From Luteitalea sp. (GTDB lineage: Bacteria > Acidobacteriota > Vicinamibacteria > Vicinamibacterales > CAVVIG01), in contig WHSN01000006.1 of NCBI GenBank assembly GCA_009380045.1, positions 1-59,350 of the forward strand: a stretch of DNA of 59,350 nt. The letters run 5' to 3'. Below, piece after piece: positions 36,125 to 46,600 of this stretch. Positions within the stretch are counted from its first letter, which is position 1; each line of letters starts with the position of its first letter. The position numbers were made by a program, and so were the translations under genes. Below the pieces are notes generated by a model. That model made no database searches. It had not been told where the DNA came from and saw only the letters and a program-made list of their open reading frames with translations.

Positions 36125-37132
36125 ATGCGGTATCGACTTCTGGTGGCAGTTGGTGTGTCGGCGGCCGTCATGTCGGGCGCGCTGGTCGCGACGGCTCGGC
36201 TGGACGCGCAAGGTCTCGGATCGAAGACGACGTCGGCGGCGAAGGCGGCGCGCACACCTGACGGCCAGCCGGACCTGCAGGGCGTGTGGACGTTTGCGAC
36301 CGTGACGCCGCTGGAGCGGCCAAAGGAGTTCGAGGGGAAAGAGTTCCTCACCGAACAGGAGGCGGCTGCGTTCGAACAGAGGGCGGCTCGGGACGTCGAC
36401 CAACGGGAGGAGTCCTCGCTCGGGACGGCGGCCGACGTCGGCGCCGCCTACAACCAGTTCTGGTGGGATCGGGGCACCAAGGTTGTCGAAACGCGCAGGA
36501 CGTCGTTGATTGTCGATCCGGCGGACGGCAAGCTTCCGCCGATGTCAGCGGAGGGCCAGCAGCGAGCCGAGCGGGCCGGCCGCCGCGTGAACCCGCCGGC
36601 TGGTCCGGAGGATCGCGGCCTCTGGGAGCGCTGCATCACGCACAGCGCGATCCCGCGGATGAGCACCGGCTACAACAACAATCTGCAGATCTTCCAGGGA
36701 TCCGGATACGTCGCGATCGTGTACGAAATGATTCACGAAGTCCGCATCATCCCGCTGGATGCGCGGCCGCACGTGGCGAAAGGCATCCGTCAGTGGCTGG
36801 GTGACTCACGCGGGCGCTGGGAAGGGGACACGCTCGTGGTCGAGACGACGAATTTCAGCGACAAGACGAGCTTCAGAGGCGCGAGCGAGAATCTGCGGCT
36901 CGTCGAGCGCTTCTCGCGACTCGATGCCGACACGCTCGACTATCAGTTCACGGTTGACGACGCGTCGACATGGGCCAAACCCTGGACCGCCTCGCTCCCG
37001 ATGCCGCGCGTCGACAACCTCATGTTCGAGTACGCCTGCCACGAGGGGAACTACGGCCTCGTCGGCCAGTTGTCCGGCGCCCGAGCCGAAGAAAAGGCGG
37101 CTGCCGAAGCGGCCAGGAAAGGCTCGAAGTAA
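36125..37132 (+). CDS. Conserved exported protein, 'PDLxGxW/GRWEGDTLVV' family, copy 1
   Basis: AGGAGG RBS and signal peptide; TPDGQPDLQGVW, ERC, GRWEGDTLVVETTNF and FEYACHEGN motifs. Confidence 0.88.
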   Translation: MRYRLLVAVGVSAAVMSGALVATARLDAQGLGSKTTSAAKAARTPDGQPDLQGVWTFATVTPLERPKEFEGKEFLTEQEAAAFEQRAARDVDQREESSLGTAADVGAAYNQFWWDRGTKVVETRRTSLIVDPADGKLPPMSAEGQQRAERAGRRVNPPAGPEDRGLWERCITHSAIPRMSTGYNNNLQIFQGSGYVAIVYEMIHEVRIIPLDARPHVAKGIRQWLGDSRGRWEGDTLVVETTNFSDKTSFRGASENLRLVERFSRLDADTLDYQFTVDDASTWAKPWTASLPMPRVDNLMFEYACHEGNYGLVGQLSGARAEEKAAAEAARKGSK

Positions 37133-37156
37133 GTCACGCGCGCGCTTCCGTCCATG

Positions 37157-37200
37157 CCTTGACCGTCTACAATACGATCGTATATTGTAGACTGTCGAGG
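37157..37200. promoter_or_regulatory. Long palindrome over the padR promoter (operator)
   Basis: GTCTACAATA-N8-TATTGTAGAC (37165-37192), extendable with 2 mismatches; overlaps TTGACC (37159) and TATATT (37181). Confidence 0.7.
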
Positions 37201-37544
37201 TGTCGTCGCCTGTGGGAAAACCACACGATCTGGTGCAAGGCACGCTGGATCTGCTGATCCTCAAGGTCATCTCGCTCGAGCCCAAACACGGCTGGGCGAT
37301 TGCCAAGCGTATCCAGCAAATCTCCCAGCACGCGCTGCAGGTGCAGCAGGGCTCGCTCTACCCTGCGCTGTACCGGCTCGAGCAGCAGGCGTGGATCAAG
37401 GCGGAGTGGAAGAAGACGGAAACCGGACGTCTGGCGAAGTTCTACGCGTTGACGGCCGCCGGCCGCAGACAGCTCCAGAAGGAGCTGGCGAGCTGGAGCC
37501 GGCTGTCGGGTGCGATCAACCTCGTGATGCGCACCACCGAGTGA
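37200..37544 (+). CDS. PadR-family regulator (acidobacterial type)
   Basis: LVQGTLDLLILK, HGWAIAKRI and QQGSLYPALYRLE motifs. Confidence 0.92.
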   Translation: MSSPVGKPHDLVQGTLDLLILKVISLEPKHGWAIAKRIQQISQHALQVQQGSLYPALYRLEQQAWIKAEWKKTETGRLAKFYALTAAGRRQLQKELASWSRLSGAINLVMRTTE

Positions 37545-37550
37545 GGGCGT

Positions 37551-38129
37551 ATGCGGTGGTTCGACACGCTTCGTTTGACGACGCGGTCGTTGCTGTTGCG
37601 CAATCACGTCGAGAACGAGCTCGAGGCCGAGCTGCGGTTCCACATCGATCGGCAGACCGACGAGAACATCCGCGCCGGGATGAGCGCCGAGGCCGCGCGC
37701 CTGTCAGCGCTCCGCACGACCGGAAGTGTCATGCGCATCAAGGAGCAGTGCCGCGAAACGTTCGGGGTGCGGCTGCTCGACCAGTTGCGGCAGGACGTGC
37801 GCTACGCGTTGAGGTCCTTCAGGCGCACTCCTGGATTCACCGTCGTCGCGGCTGTCACCCTGGCACTCGGCATCGGCGCCACGACGGCAATCTTCAGCGC
37901 CGTGAACGCCGCGCTGATGAAGCCGCTGCCCTTCACGAGTCCGGAGCAGCTCGTCAACATCCGCGAAACGGACCGGCGCGGCCGCGGCAGCGTCTCCGTG
38001 TTTTCGGGAAATTTCGTCGAGTGGCGAAACCGGGCATCGTCGTTTCAAGAGGCGGCCGCTTGGAGACTCGAGTATTTCAACGTCACCGGGAACGATGAAC
38101 CAGAGCAGGTGCAGGGCCTGCGCGTGTCC
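37551..38129 (+). pseudogene. Truncated ADOP/MacB-like duplicated permease (N-terminal ~193 codons only)
   Basis: ELEAELRFH and QDVRYALRSFRRTPGFT...TLALGIGATTAIFSAVNA motifs. Similarity ends at VQGLRVS and the frame runs on to 38342 in unrelated sequence. Confidence 0.8.
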
Positions 38130-38224
38130 GAGCGCGCGCGACGCGGTCCTCCGAGCGGAAGGTTCCCAAGGGGGGGCCTCTCCCTCGGCGCGCGCGCAAC
38201 GAACACGTTCGAGGAGAAACCGAC

Positions 38225-38461
38225 ATGGAACCATTTCTCGGCCAGATTCAACTCTTTCCCTACACCTTCGCGCCCAGGGGGTGGGCGCTCTGCGATGGGC
38301 GGAGCCTCCCTATTTCGCAGAACCAGGCGTTGTTTGCGTTGATTGGCACCAACTTCGGCGGGGACGGCCGAACGACCTTCGCGCTGCCAAAGCTCGCAGG
38401 CCCAGCCGCCGACCTCGGCTACTATATCGCGCTGCAAGGCATCTTCCCCAGCCGCGAGTAG
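38225..38461 (+). CDS. Minimal phage-tail-collar domain protein (MdpB-like)
   Basis: GAGGAG RBS; FLGQIQLF...FAPRGWALCDG...QNQALFALIGT.FGGDG.TTFALP, and a C-terminal YIALQGIFPSR. Confidence 0.9.
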   Translation: MEPFLGQIQLFPYTFAPRGWALCDGRSLPISQNQALFALIGTNFGGDGRTTFALPKLAGPAADLGYYIALQGIFPSRE

Positions 38462-38692
38462 CCCTGACGTGCTGAATTCCGGCAACACGCGGGAGCCCAC
38501 GGCCGGGCCGATGTGATCGGAACCGCGGCCCGCCGCTCTGCGAGCTCCTGTGTTGATCGGCGTTCGGCCAGCGTTCACGCACCGCCGTCGCCGTCGATCC
38601 TGGTAGGCCAACGGGCCTGTCCGGGTGACGGCTCTTGGCAAGTCGGTTCTACTTGACCCGCGTCGCTACGAACTCGCGCAGCGTGCCAAGGC

Positions 38693-38908
38693 TCAGATCC
38701 TCGGGCCGCCGGCCAAAAGCGATTCGATGGGGGTTTCATCACCACCTGCGAGTGCGATTCTGCCGGTCACCTTGCCTTCGTTCGTGACCAGCGTAATCGT
38801 CAGGTTCTCATTGCCCGCCTGCCCTGTCCATTGGCCATCGAAAGGAGTCGCGGCGAACGACACGGCGGCAGACAGCCACAGACATGTTCCGACTATCAGA
38901 GCTCTCAT
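38693..38908 (-). pseudogene. Short or truncated exported protein
   Basis: Good signal peptide plus FDGQWTG...GKVTGRI, then stops after ~70 aa. Confidence 0.45.
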
Positions 38909-39038
38909 GAGATTCACCTGTGAGCGCTTGCGGCCATGGGGGCACGATTGACGATCTTCCACGCGACGCGACTGCAGCTTCAGCAATCAGGTTGACGTCG
39001 TGGCCGTGGCACCGCACAGACAAGTCTCGGCACCGAAA

Positions 39039-40034
39039 TCATGGGACGCATCTGGCGATCTTGTTGGATGGGTCATCCGGAGTCCCGCCTGGCTTGTCAC
39101 GGTACGCCTCATGACACAACAAGCACGCGTCCGCCACCCTGTTCGTCGCTTCGATCACCGCGTCTTGACTCCTGGATTGCGACGCCTTGTAGGCCGCCCG
39201 CCCGGCCTCGGCGAGCTCCACTGTATATTTGATCCAATCATCCCGTTCCACTGGAACGGGCTTGCCGTTTTCACATCGCCGGCCAGGCGTCAACATCAGC
39301 GGCGCCGATTCGACCAGAGCTACAGCGGCATAGTCGACGAGCTCCCAGCCGGTATAAATCCCCGCTCCCCAGTCAACCCATGAGAAGGCGGTGTCTCCCG
39401 GCGTCCAGCCAACTTTCTGAGTACTCGGATCCAGGTTCTGGACGTTGAAGATGACGTTCGAGCTTGGGAACAAGATGCCGCGCATGACCTGGGCAAGGTT
39501 TCCGCCGGGGGGGAAAACAGGCGATCCGGCGACGCTCGACGTACTCCGAGTCTGAGCGGGTTGAGCGGGTGCCGGCAGCGTGATCTGCGTCAGCACGCCA
39601 TCGTCGGTACCCAAGTCAGCGTTTCCGGGTGGCAATTTACTGAGCTCGAGGACGTAGGCAACGATATCGACAGACTGCTGGCGACTGAGCTGTCCAGCGG
39701 CATTCGCCGGCATCGTGTTTTGAATCTTGGTGACCAGATCAAGGAGGGGCTGATTTCCCCAGACTCGCATGAACTCGGGCCCGGTCAACGGCGGCGCCAG
39801 TTTGCCCTCCAACGCCTCGCCATGGCAGGTCGTGCACTGGGCCTTGTAGGTCGCTTCGCCACGAGTTGCCTGTGCGGCGGTGTAGATGCCTCCCGGCTGC
39901 GCGGACGGTTGACCGTGGGCCACGGCCGCCCAGATCGCGAACACCGTGTAAACGGAGATGGCACCGCGGACGACCCAGCGAGCCCGATGCCGGCGAAACC
40001 GAGCCACTCCGCCCCGCATCGACAACAAAGACAT
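39039..40034 (-). CDS. Diheme c-type cytochrome (class I domain + C-terminal cytochrome c'-like domain)
   Basis: Signal peptide; CTTCH with a distal NTMP; CLLCHEAYR near the C-terminus. Confidence 0.88.
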   Translation of the reverse strand: MSLLSMRGGVARFRRHRARWVVRGAISVYTVFAIWAAVAHGQPSAQPGGIYTAAQATRGEATYKAQCTTCHGEALEGKLAPPLTGPEFMRVWGNQPLLDLVTKIQNTMPANAAGQLSRQQSVDIVAYVLELSKLPPGNADLGTDDGVLTQITLPAPAQPAQTRSTSSVAGSPVFPPGGNLAQVMRGILFPSSNVIFNVQNLDPSTQKVGWTPGDTAFSWVDWGAGIYTGWELVDYAAVALVESAPLMLTPGRRCENGKPVPVERDDWIKYTVELAEAGRAAYKASQSRSQDAVIEATNRVADACLLCHEAYRDKPGGTPDDPSNKIARCVP

Positions 40035-40535
40035 TCATCCTCCCAGATTTCTGCCAGCGCATCCTAGCACATCGATCGTGCTCCAACTCGACGCTCGAAG
40101 CGCTGGATTTGCGCGGCTCCCTCCGCAGCTCGCACACTCTGCAAGTGTCGAGCGCGTTCTCTCTCCGGCACGCCGGACGGCAGCGACGAGTCCCACGAAT
40201 GGTTGATGCAGTCGATCGCGACTCGGACGCGCGCCGCATCGCAAACAGCCATGCGCGCGGGACATCGGGCCGAAGCGGGCCTTCGCGCCTTCGGTGTCGT
40301 AGATGAGCGGCGGTGCGTTTTCTGTGTGAGAGATGGGCCAGGTCGGCCGCCGGATGCGCCCGACAGTCGGCACCCCGTTCTGACTGACACCGGGCCTCGG
40401 CGTTTCATTGAAACGCCACACGTCTGCCAAGGAAGCAGCGATTTTCGGGGGCCGCCGACGCGAGCGGCTGGATCGACAAGGCGGAACGGCGCGGCGAAGC
40501 CCCGTTCCCACCCCTATTCTTGGCTCTCGTCTAAT

Positions 40536-41687
40536 CTAGGGCTCTCGTCCAATTCCGCCGCCGCCGCCGCCGGTGGCATTGTCCTGCAGGGCGGGGTCGG
40601 GACCTTTGCCTTCCTTGAACAACTGTTCGGCGGCTCGGGTGTTCGCCAGCATGCCGAGCAAGCCGAAATTGCCTTCGTGACAGTTCGACTCATACACCTG
40701 ATTCATCCTGTCCGGCTGCTTCGCCCAGGGCACTTCGAACGTCCAGGGCCTGGTCCACGTCGTGGGATCCTCGACCGTGACGCGATAGTCGATCCGGTTC
40801 TCCGCCGTTCGCGTGAACCGCTCGACCAAGTGCAGGTTCTCGCGGGAGCCTTGGAAATCCGACTCCATCGAGAAGTTCGTAATATCCACCACCAGCGTGT
40901 CGCCCTCCCACCGGCCGCGGCCTTCGCCGTGCAGAAAGCGCACCTTGGGGGACGTATGCGGACTGCCATCGACGGGAACGACCCGCACGAATCCCTGCCC
41001 CTGACCGGAATCGTGGTAGATGGCCACCTGTTTGGGGGACTGCACGATGCGGTAGATCGCCCCGTAGTTCGGCATGGTCGCACCGAAACAGCGCTCCATC
41101 GTGGCGCGATCTTCAGGACCGTCCGAGCGATTCATCCGCTCGGTGTTGTAGATCGGCGGCGGCTCGTTTCTACGCGGAGAGATTGGTCCAGGTCGGCCGC
41201 CGGATGTTCCCTGCAGCAGGGCCGCCAGATATTCACGATACTCGCGCGTTCGCTTGGTGGCTTCGGGTGTCATCGCCGGAATCTTGCCGTCCGCCGGATC
41301 GACGATCAGACCCGTCCGACGGTCCGAGAGTCTTTGCGCCGGCGGCAGCCAATGCTCGTTATAGGCCCCGGCAACGTCCTTCTCTGTCCCACGAGCCGAT
41401 CGGTCGTCACGGCCGGGGCGGGCATGGACCTCGCCCTCCACCTTTGCCGCCTCCGCCTCGGTGAGCACCGGCTTGTCTGCGAACCGCGCGGGTCGCTGCA
41501 ACGGGGTGAGCGTGTCGCCGCTCCAAATCCCTTGAAGATCCGGCTCGCCCCAGGGGGTCCTGAACGTGTTTCCCTTCGCAGAAGGCGCCGTGGCCGTTTG
41601 AGCCTGGCTCGTGACGACGGCGAGCGTCGAAAGCGTGACGGCCATCGTGATGGTCGTCCCGACTAACAAGAGGCGTCGGCTTTTCAT
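40536..41687 (-). CDS. 'PDLxGxW/GRWEGDTLVV' family exported protein, copy 2
   Basis: GGAGG RBS; TPWGEPDLQGIW, ERC, GRWEGDTLVVDITNF and YESNCHEGN motifs. Confidence 0.88.
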   Translation of the reverse strand: MKSRRLLLVGTTITMAVTLSTLAVVTSQAQTATAPSAKGNTFRTPWGEPDLQGIWSGDTLTPLQRPARFADKPVLTEAEAAKVEGEVHARPGRDDRSARGTEKDVAGAYNEHWLPPAQRLSDRRTGLIVDPADGKIPAMTPEATKRTREYREYLAALLQGTSGGRPGPISPRRNEPPPIYNTERMNRSDGPEDRATMERCFGATMPNYGAIYRIVQSPKQVAIYHDSGQGQGFVRVVPVDGSPHTSPKVRFLHGEGRGRWEGDTLVVDITNFSMESDFQGSRENLHLVERFTRTAENRIDYRVTVEDPTTWTRPWTFEVPWAKQPDRMNQVYESNCHEGNFGLLGMLANTRAAEQLFKEGKGPDPALQDNATGGGGGGIGREP

Positions 41688-41941
41688 CGTGCAACCTCCA
41701 ACGGCGACGTGGCGGGTCGGCAGATCACTCATGGGCCCTCGTCGGCGGACGAGACCAGACCGGTGTATTGAGCGCAGTATACATTGGATGGACGGCTGGA
41801 TCGCCCGACGCATTTTCATCACCAGGACCCACCGTCGTGGCAATGGGCGCCGTTCGTCGTTGACATCGCTGGGTGCGCTCCCATATAAGTTCCGCATCGC
41901 CTCAAGATTGCGCGCTGCAACAGGGGTCAAAGGGAGCATGA

Positions 41942-42940
41942 ATGCGGAGACGACTCAGCTATATAATGACGGCCCTTGCAGCCGCGGGCGTCGCGGCTGT
42001 GTTTCCGATAGCGGTCGGGACTGGTCAGTCACAGAACCTCGAGGGCTCACCAGGTCAGCCGCGCCGTACGGTTGATGGCAAGCCGGATTTCAGCGGCATC
42101 TGGCAGGCGAATACCTCTGCGTACTGGGATTTGCTCACCCATGACGCGCGTCCTATCGTCGGACAGCCGGGCGTGTATCCCGATGTCCCGGTCCTCGCGG
42201 CGCCGGTGGTTGCGCTGGGCACGATTGGATGGGTGCCGGCAGGCGTGGGTGTGGTCGAGGGCGACGAGATCCCGTACCAGCCATGGGCGGCGGCGCGGCA
42301 GAAAGAGAACTTCGCGAACTGGCTGGACCGAGACCCGGAAATCCGATGCTACCTCCCCGGCGTGCCCCGCGCCATGTACATGCCATACAAGTTTCAGATC
42401 GTCCAGGGCCCGGCGAAAGTCATGATGGCCTTTGAGTTCAGAAACGCGGACCGTACGATCCACCTGGACGAGGTTGTGCCCTATCCGGCCGACTCCTACA
42501 TGGGGCACTCCGTCGGCCGCTGGGAAGGCGACACGCTGGTGGTCGAGGTGTCGACGTTTACGCCCCTTACCTGGTTCGATCGGTCCGGGAATTTTCACAG
42601 CGATGCCCTGAAGGTCACCGAGCGTTATACACCCATCGGTCGCGACGCGATTCAGTACGAGGCGACGATCGAGGATTCGAAGGTGTTCACGCGGCCGTGG
42701 AAGATCAGTTTGCCCCTGTACCGTCGCCTCGAACCAAACGTCCAGCTCCTGCCTTTCAGGTGTATGGAGCAGGCCGAAGAGACGGCATTGGGCTACTTGC
42801 GGAAGGAACCGCTCGTGACACGCTGGGAGGGCAAGACCATGATCCTGGAAGTGAAGCGCAAAGTTCCGCCTCTTGCCGAGCTTTACGACATCCAGGTGTC
42901 GGGCAACCCGCCTCCACCTCAGACAGATCCGCCGCGCTGA
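41942..42940 (+). CDS. 'PDLxGxW/GRWEGDTLVV' family exported protein, copy 3
   Basis: TVDGKPDFSGIW, IRCYLPGVPR, GRWEGDTLVV and PFRCME motifs. Confidence 0.88.
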   Translation: MRRRLSYIMTALAAAGVAAVFPIAVGTGQSQNLEGSPGQPRRTVDGKPDFSGIWQANTSAYWDLLTHDARPIVGQPGVYPDVPVLAAPVVALGTIGWVPAGVGVVEGDEIPYQPWAAARQKENFANWLDRDPEIRCYLPGVPRAMYMPYKFQIVQGPAKVMMAFEFRNADRTIHLDEVVPYPADSYMGHSVGRWEGDTLVVEVSTFTPLTWFDRSGNFHSDALKVTERYTPIGRDAIQYEATIEDSKVFTRPWKISLPLYRRLEPNVQLLPFRCMEQAEETALGYLRKEPLVTRWEGKTMILEVKRKVPPLAELYDIQVSGNPPPPQTDPPR

Positions 42941-43675
42941 GCCGGTCCGGCCAGAAGTGGCTGGGCGGGCTTGTGCGCGGGCACGTTCAGCCTGAGGATC
43001 GCGGCGAGCCTGCTGGACAACGACGGGGCTGCAGTCCGCCCGATCTCACCGGCCCCGGCCATGTCGCGCATCGCGAGAAGCCAGGCGGAACGGGACCGGT
43101 ACGTCCAGTGATCCGATCTGTCCTCCGGAGTCGCGCGACGTCTCCGTGAGCCAGCCGTCGGGGACAGCATGCCGGTCGGGATCGAAGAGATGCCGCCGTT
43201 GCGGAGGCGCCGGATGATCCGATTTCGGATCGGGTTGACTCCTCGGCGTTACCTACGGGCCTCGGGCGAACAGGTGTCCAACTTCGCCTCCCAGTTACTC
43301 ATGGTCAGGTAGTTGACGTTCGAACCGCGACCGCGACGAGACGCACGTCTACCTGATAGGCGGTCTTCGATCCCGGCAATCAACTACGGGGAGGGGCGTG
43401 GCTGCGACGAAGCCACCGGTCGTGTCCCGTCACGCCTCGATCGTACGGAAATCTGCCTCGTCCATGGGCTGACGCCGACTTCCGTCGTGACCTCACCTGC
43501 CACCGCGCGGCGTGATGTGCCTGGCGGCGTAGTCCCCCGAAATCGTTCTTCCAAAGCCATTGACAGCCGGCGGGAACGTGCTAGCATCCGGCCAATATTC
43601 AGCTGGTCGCAATTCTGGTAACGGATGGCATTTGCTGCGCTTCAGTCTCGCAATTCACATCGCTGGGAGAACTGA

Positions 43676-46600
43676 TTGACGAAAACAAGAGCGAGTGTTA
43701 TCGGCGCCATGGTGGGTCTGCTCTGCACAACATCAGCGCCCGTCTGGGCGCAGGCGAGTGGCATCTCGGGCGTCGTCCGTGACTCCTCCGGCGGCGCATT
43801 ACCGGGTGTGACGGTTGAGGCCTCGAGTCCGGCGCTGATCGAAAAGGTGCGCACCGTTGTCACCGATGGTGACGGCCGGTACACCATCGACGCGCTCGGC
43901 TTGGGCACCTACGCGGTGAGCTTCTCGCTCCCCGGCTTCAGAACGTTGAGACGCGAGGGCGTCACCCTCACCACAGGATTCACCGCCACGGTAAACGCCG
44001 ACCTGGAAGTCGGCGGACTCGAGGAAACCATCACTGTCAGCGGGGCGGCCCCGCTGGTCGACGTTCAGAACGCCCGGCAGCAACGTGTCATGTCGGCGAC
44101 TCTGCTCTCGACGTTGCCCACCGGTCAGACCAGCATCGTCAGTCTGATTACTCTTACCCCCGGTATGACCGGCAACGCCACGGTCGGTGGTAGCACCGGC
44201 GCCTATCATTCCGGGCAGACCAAGGGCACCTTTCACGGCAAACGAGGCAGCAAGATCAAGTTCGACGGCATGCGAATCGACAATTACGCAGGGGCCGGAG
44301 ACTCACCAGGCTACTTGTACAACGTCCAGACGATAGAAGAGACAGTGATTGAAACCGGTGGATCCGGGGCCGACAGTGACACGCCCAACGTGTCGATGAA
44401 CCTGATTCCCAAGGAGGGCAGCAACTCGTTCCGCGGCACGGCCAACGGCCTGTTCACGAACCACAGCCTGCAGAGTGACAATCTGACGACCGATCTAATC
44501 GCCCGCGGCCTGCAATCGGTGCCCGAGGTGGACAGGATGTACGATGCAGGGTTCACGCTTGGCGGACCGATCAAGCAGGACAAGGTGTGGTTCTACGCCG
44601 CGATTCGCCGATGGGGCACCAGAAACCAGGCGGCCAACCTGTTCTGGAACGCGACCCAGGGAACGCCTTTCTACACCCCGGACCTGAATCGGCCGGCGTT
44701 CCGCGATGAGAAGTACTCCTCCCATGCGCTGCGCATCACGACGCAGCTGTCGCCGAGGAACAAGCTCCAGGTCTTCGCCGACATCAAGAACGATTGCATC
44801 TGTGAAACCGGCGGCGCCGGTTCGGCCCTTGGAAGCGGTGCGACCAACTCGCGCGAGGGTGTGGCGACCTGGAATCTCTGGCCCAACGGCATCGTCCAGG
44901 GCACGTGGACCAACACGGTCACCAGCAAACTCCTGCTCGATGCCGGCGCGTCGGTGGTGATGTTCCACTGGCCTGGCGACCTGCCGGCAGGCGTGAGCCC
45001 GAACGACGTGTCGATCCTGGAACAGTCGACCAACTTCATCTACAACAGCCCGGGAGGCTTCTACAACCCGGATCGACGGCTCGGCGACCGTTACGCCGAG
45101 CGCTTCGGCGCGTCCTACGTTACCGGGTCTCACGTGTTCAAAGCCGGGGTCACCATCGACCACGGCTACTCGGACACGATCAACATTGGCACCGGTCTCT
45201 CGGTGGCACCCGGGATTTCCTATATCTTCAACCGGGGCTTACCGGTGAGCGTCAGGTACGACGCCCTTCCACGGCATGAGACGTACTATCAAAGAGCGGA
45301 GATGGGCGTATTCGCGCAGGACCAGTGGAGATACAAGCGCTTGACGTTGAACGTCGGCGCGCGATTCGAGTATTACAAGGGCTACATTCCGCCTGTCGAT
45401 CGCGAGGCAGGGCCGTTTGTGCCTGCGGCCCACTTTGACGAAACCGTGAACGCGCCTCTCTGGAAGGACCTGAATCCGCGGCTCGGCGCAGCCTACGACC
45501 TGTCGGGCGACGGCCGGACGGCGATCAAGACGTCGTTTGGTCGGTACGTCTCGATGACCGGCAACACCGCCGTCAGCGTCTATCATCCGCTGAACCGGAC
45601 GGTGAACAACACGACCCGCCCGTGGAACGACACCAACGGAAATTTCTTTCCGGACTGCGTTCTCACCGACTTCGCCGTCAACGGCGAATGCGGCGGACTG
45701 GTGAACACCAACTTCGGCCAGGTGAACCCGAACGCGATCGTCTACGCTGACGATGTGCGGAACGGCTGGTTTCGTCGCCCCTACACCTGGGACTTCGGGT
45801 CGGAGATTCAGCATCAGCTCAGTAGCCAGCTTTCCGTGACCGCCGGTTACTACCACAATTCCGATGGCGGCTTCGCCGTGACCGACAATGTGTCGACGAC
45901 CCCCGGCGACTATTCCACCTTCACGATTACCGCGCCAAGGGATCCCCGCCTGCCCGGGGGCGGCGGCTATCCCGTCACCGGCACGGATGTGAATCCGAAC
46001 AAGTTCGGCATCGTCAACAATGTCATCACGCAGTCGTCGAACTTCGGCAAGCGCACGCGCGTCAACGACTTCGTCGGGCTGACCATCGACCTCAGAATGG
46101 GCAACGGTATCCGGGTCGGCGGCGGCGTCGATGCCGGCCGCACCGCCGATGACGCCTGTTTCGACATCGATGCGGCGATGACACCGACCCTGCTGACCGG
46201 CACCAACACCCTGGTCGCGACGCCCTCGACCAGGTCGGTGGTCAACGGCCAGAACCTCTGTCGCAACGTCGAGGGACTCTCCGATACGGCCCAGATCAAG
46301 TTGAACGGCAGCTATCCCCTGCCTGCCGGTTTCGTCGTGGCGGCGACATTTCAAAACCTGCCCGGCATCCCGTGGCTGGCCACCTATAATGCCACCACCG
46401 CCGAAGTCGCCCCGTCGCTCGGACGGCCACTGTCGGGTGGAGTGAGAACCACCCCGGTCGCGCTGCTTGCGCCCAACCAGATGAGAGAGCCGCGGCGGAC
46501 GCAGATCGACCTGCGCTTGGCGAAAGATGTGAGAGTCGGCGGGGCACGTCGTCTCACGATGAACTTCGACCTGTACAATCTGCTCAACGCCAGCACCGTG

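Noticed and set aside
38225-38461. Prophage or tailocin
   Set aside because: Lone collar gene; no other structural, integrase or lysis genes.
40064-40511. ORFs in the gap between the cytochrome and family copy 2
   Set aside because: No recognisable motif, RBS or consistent frame.
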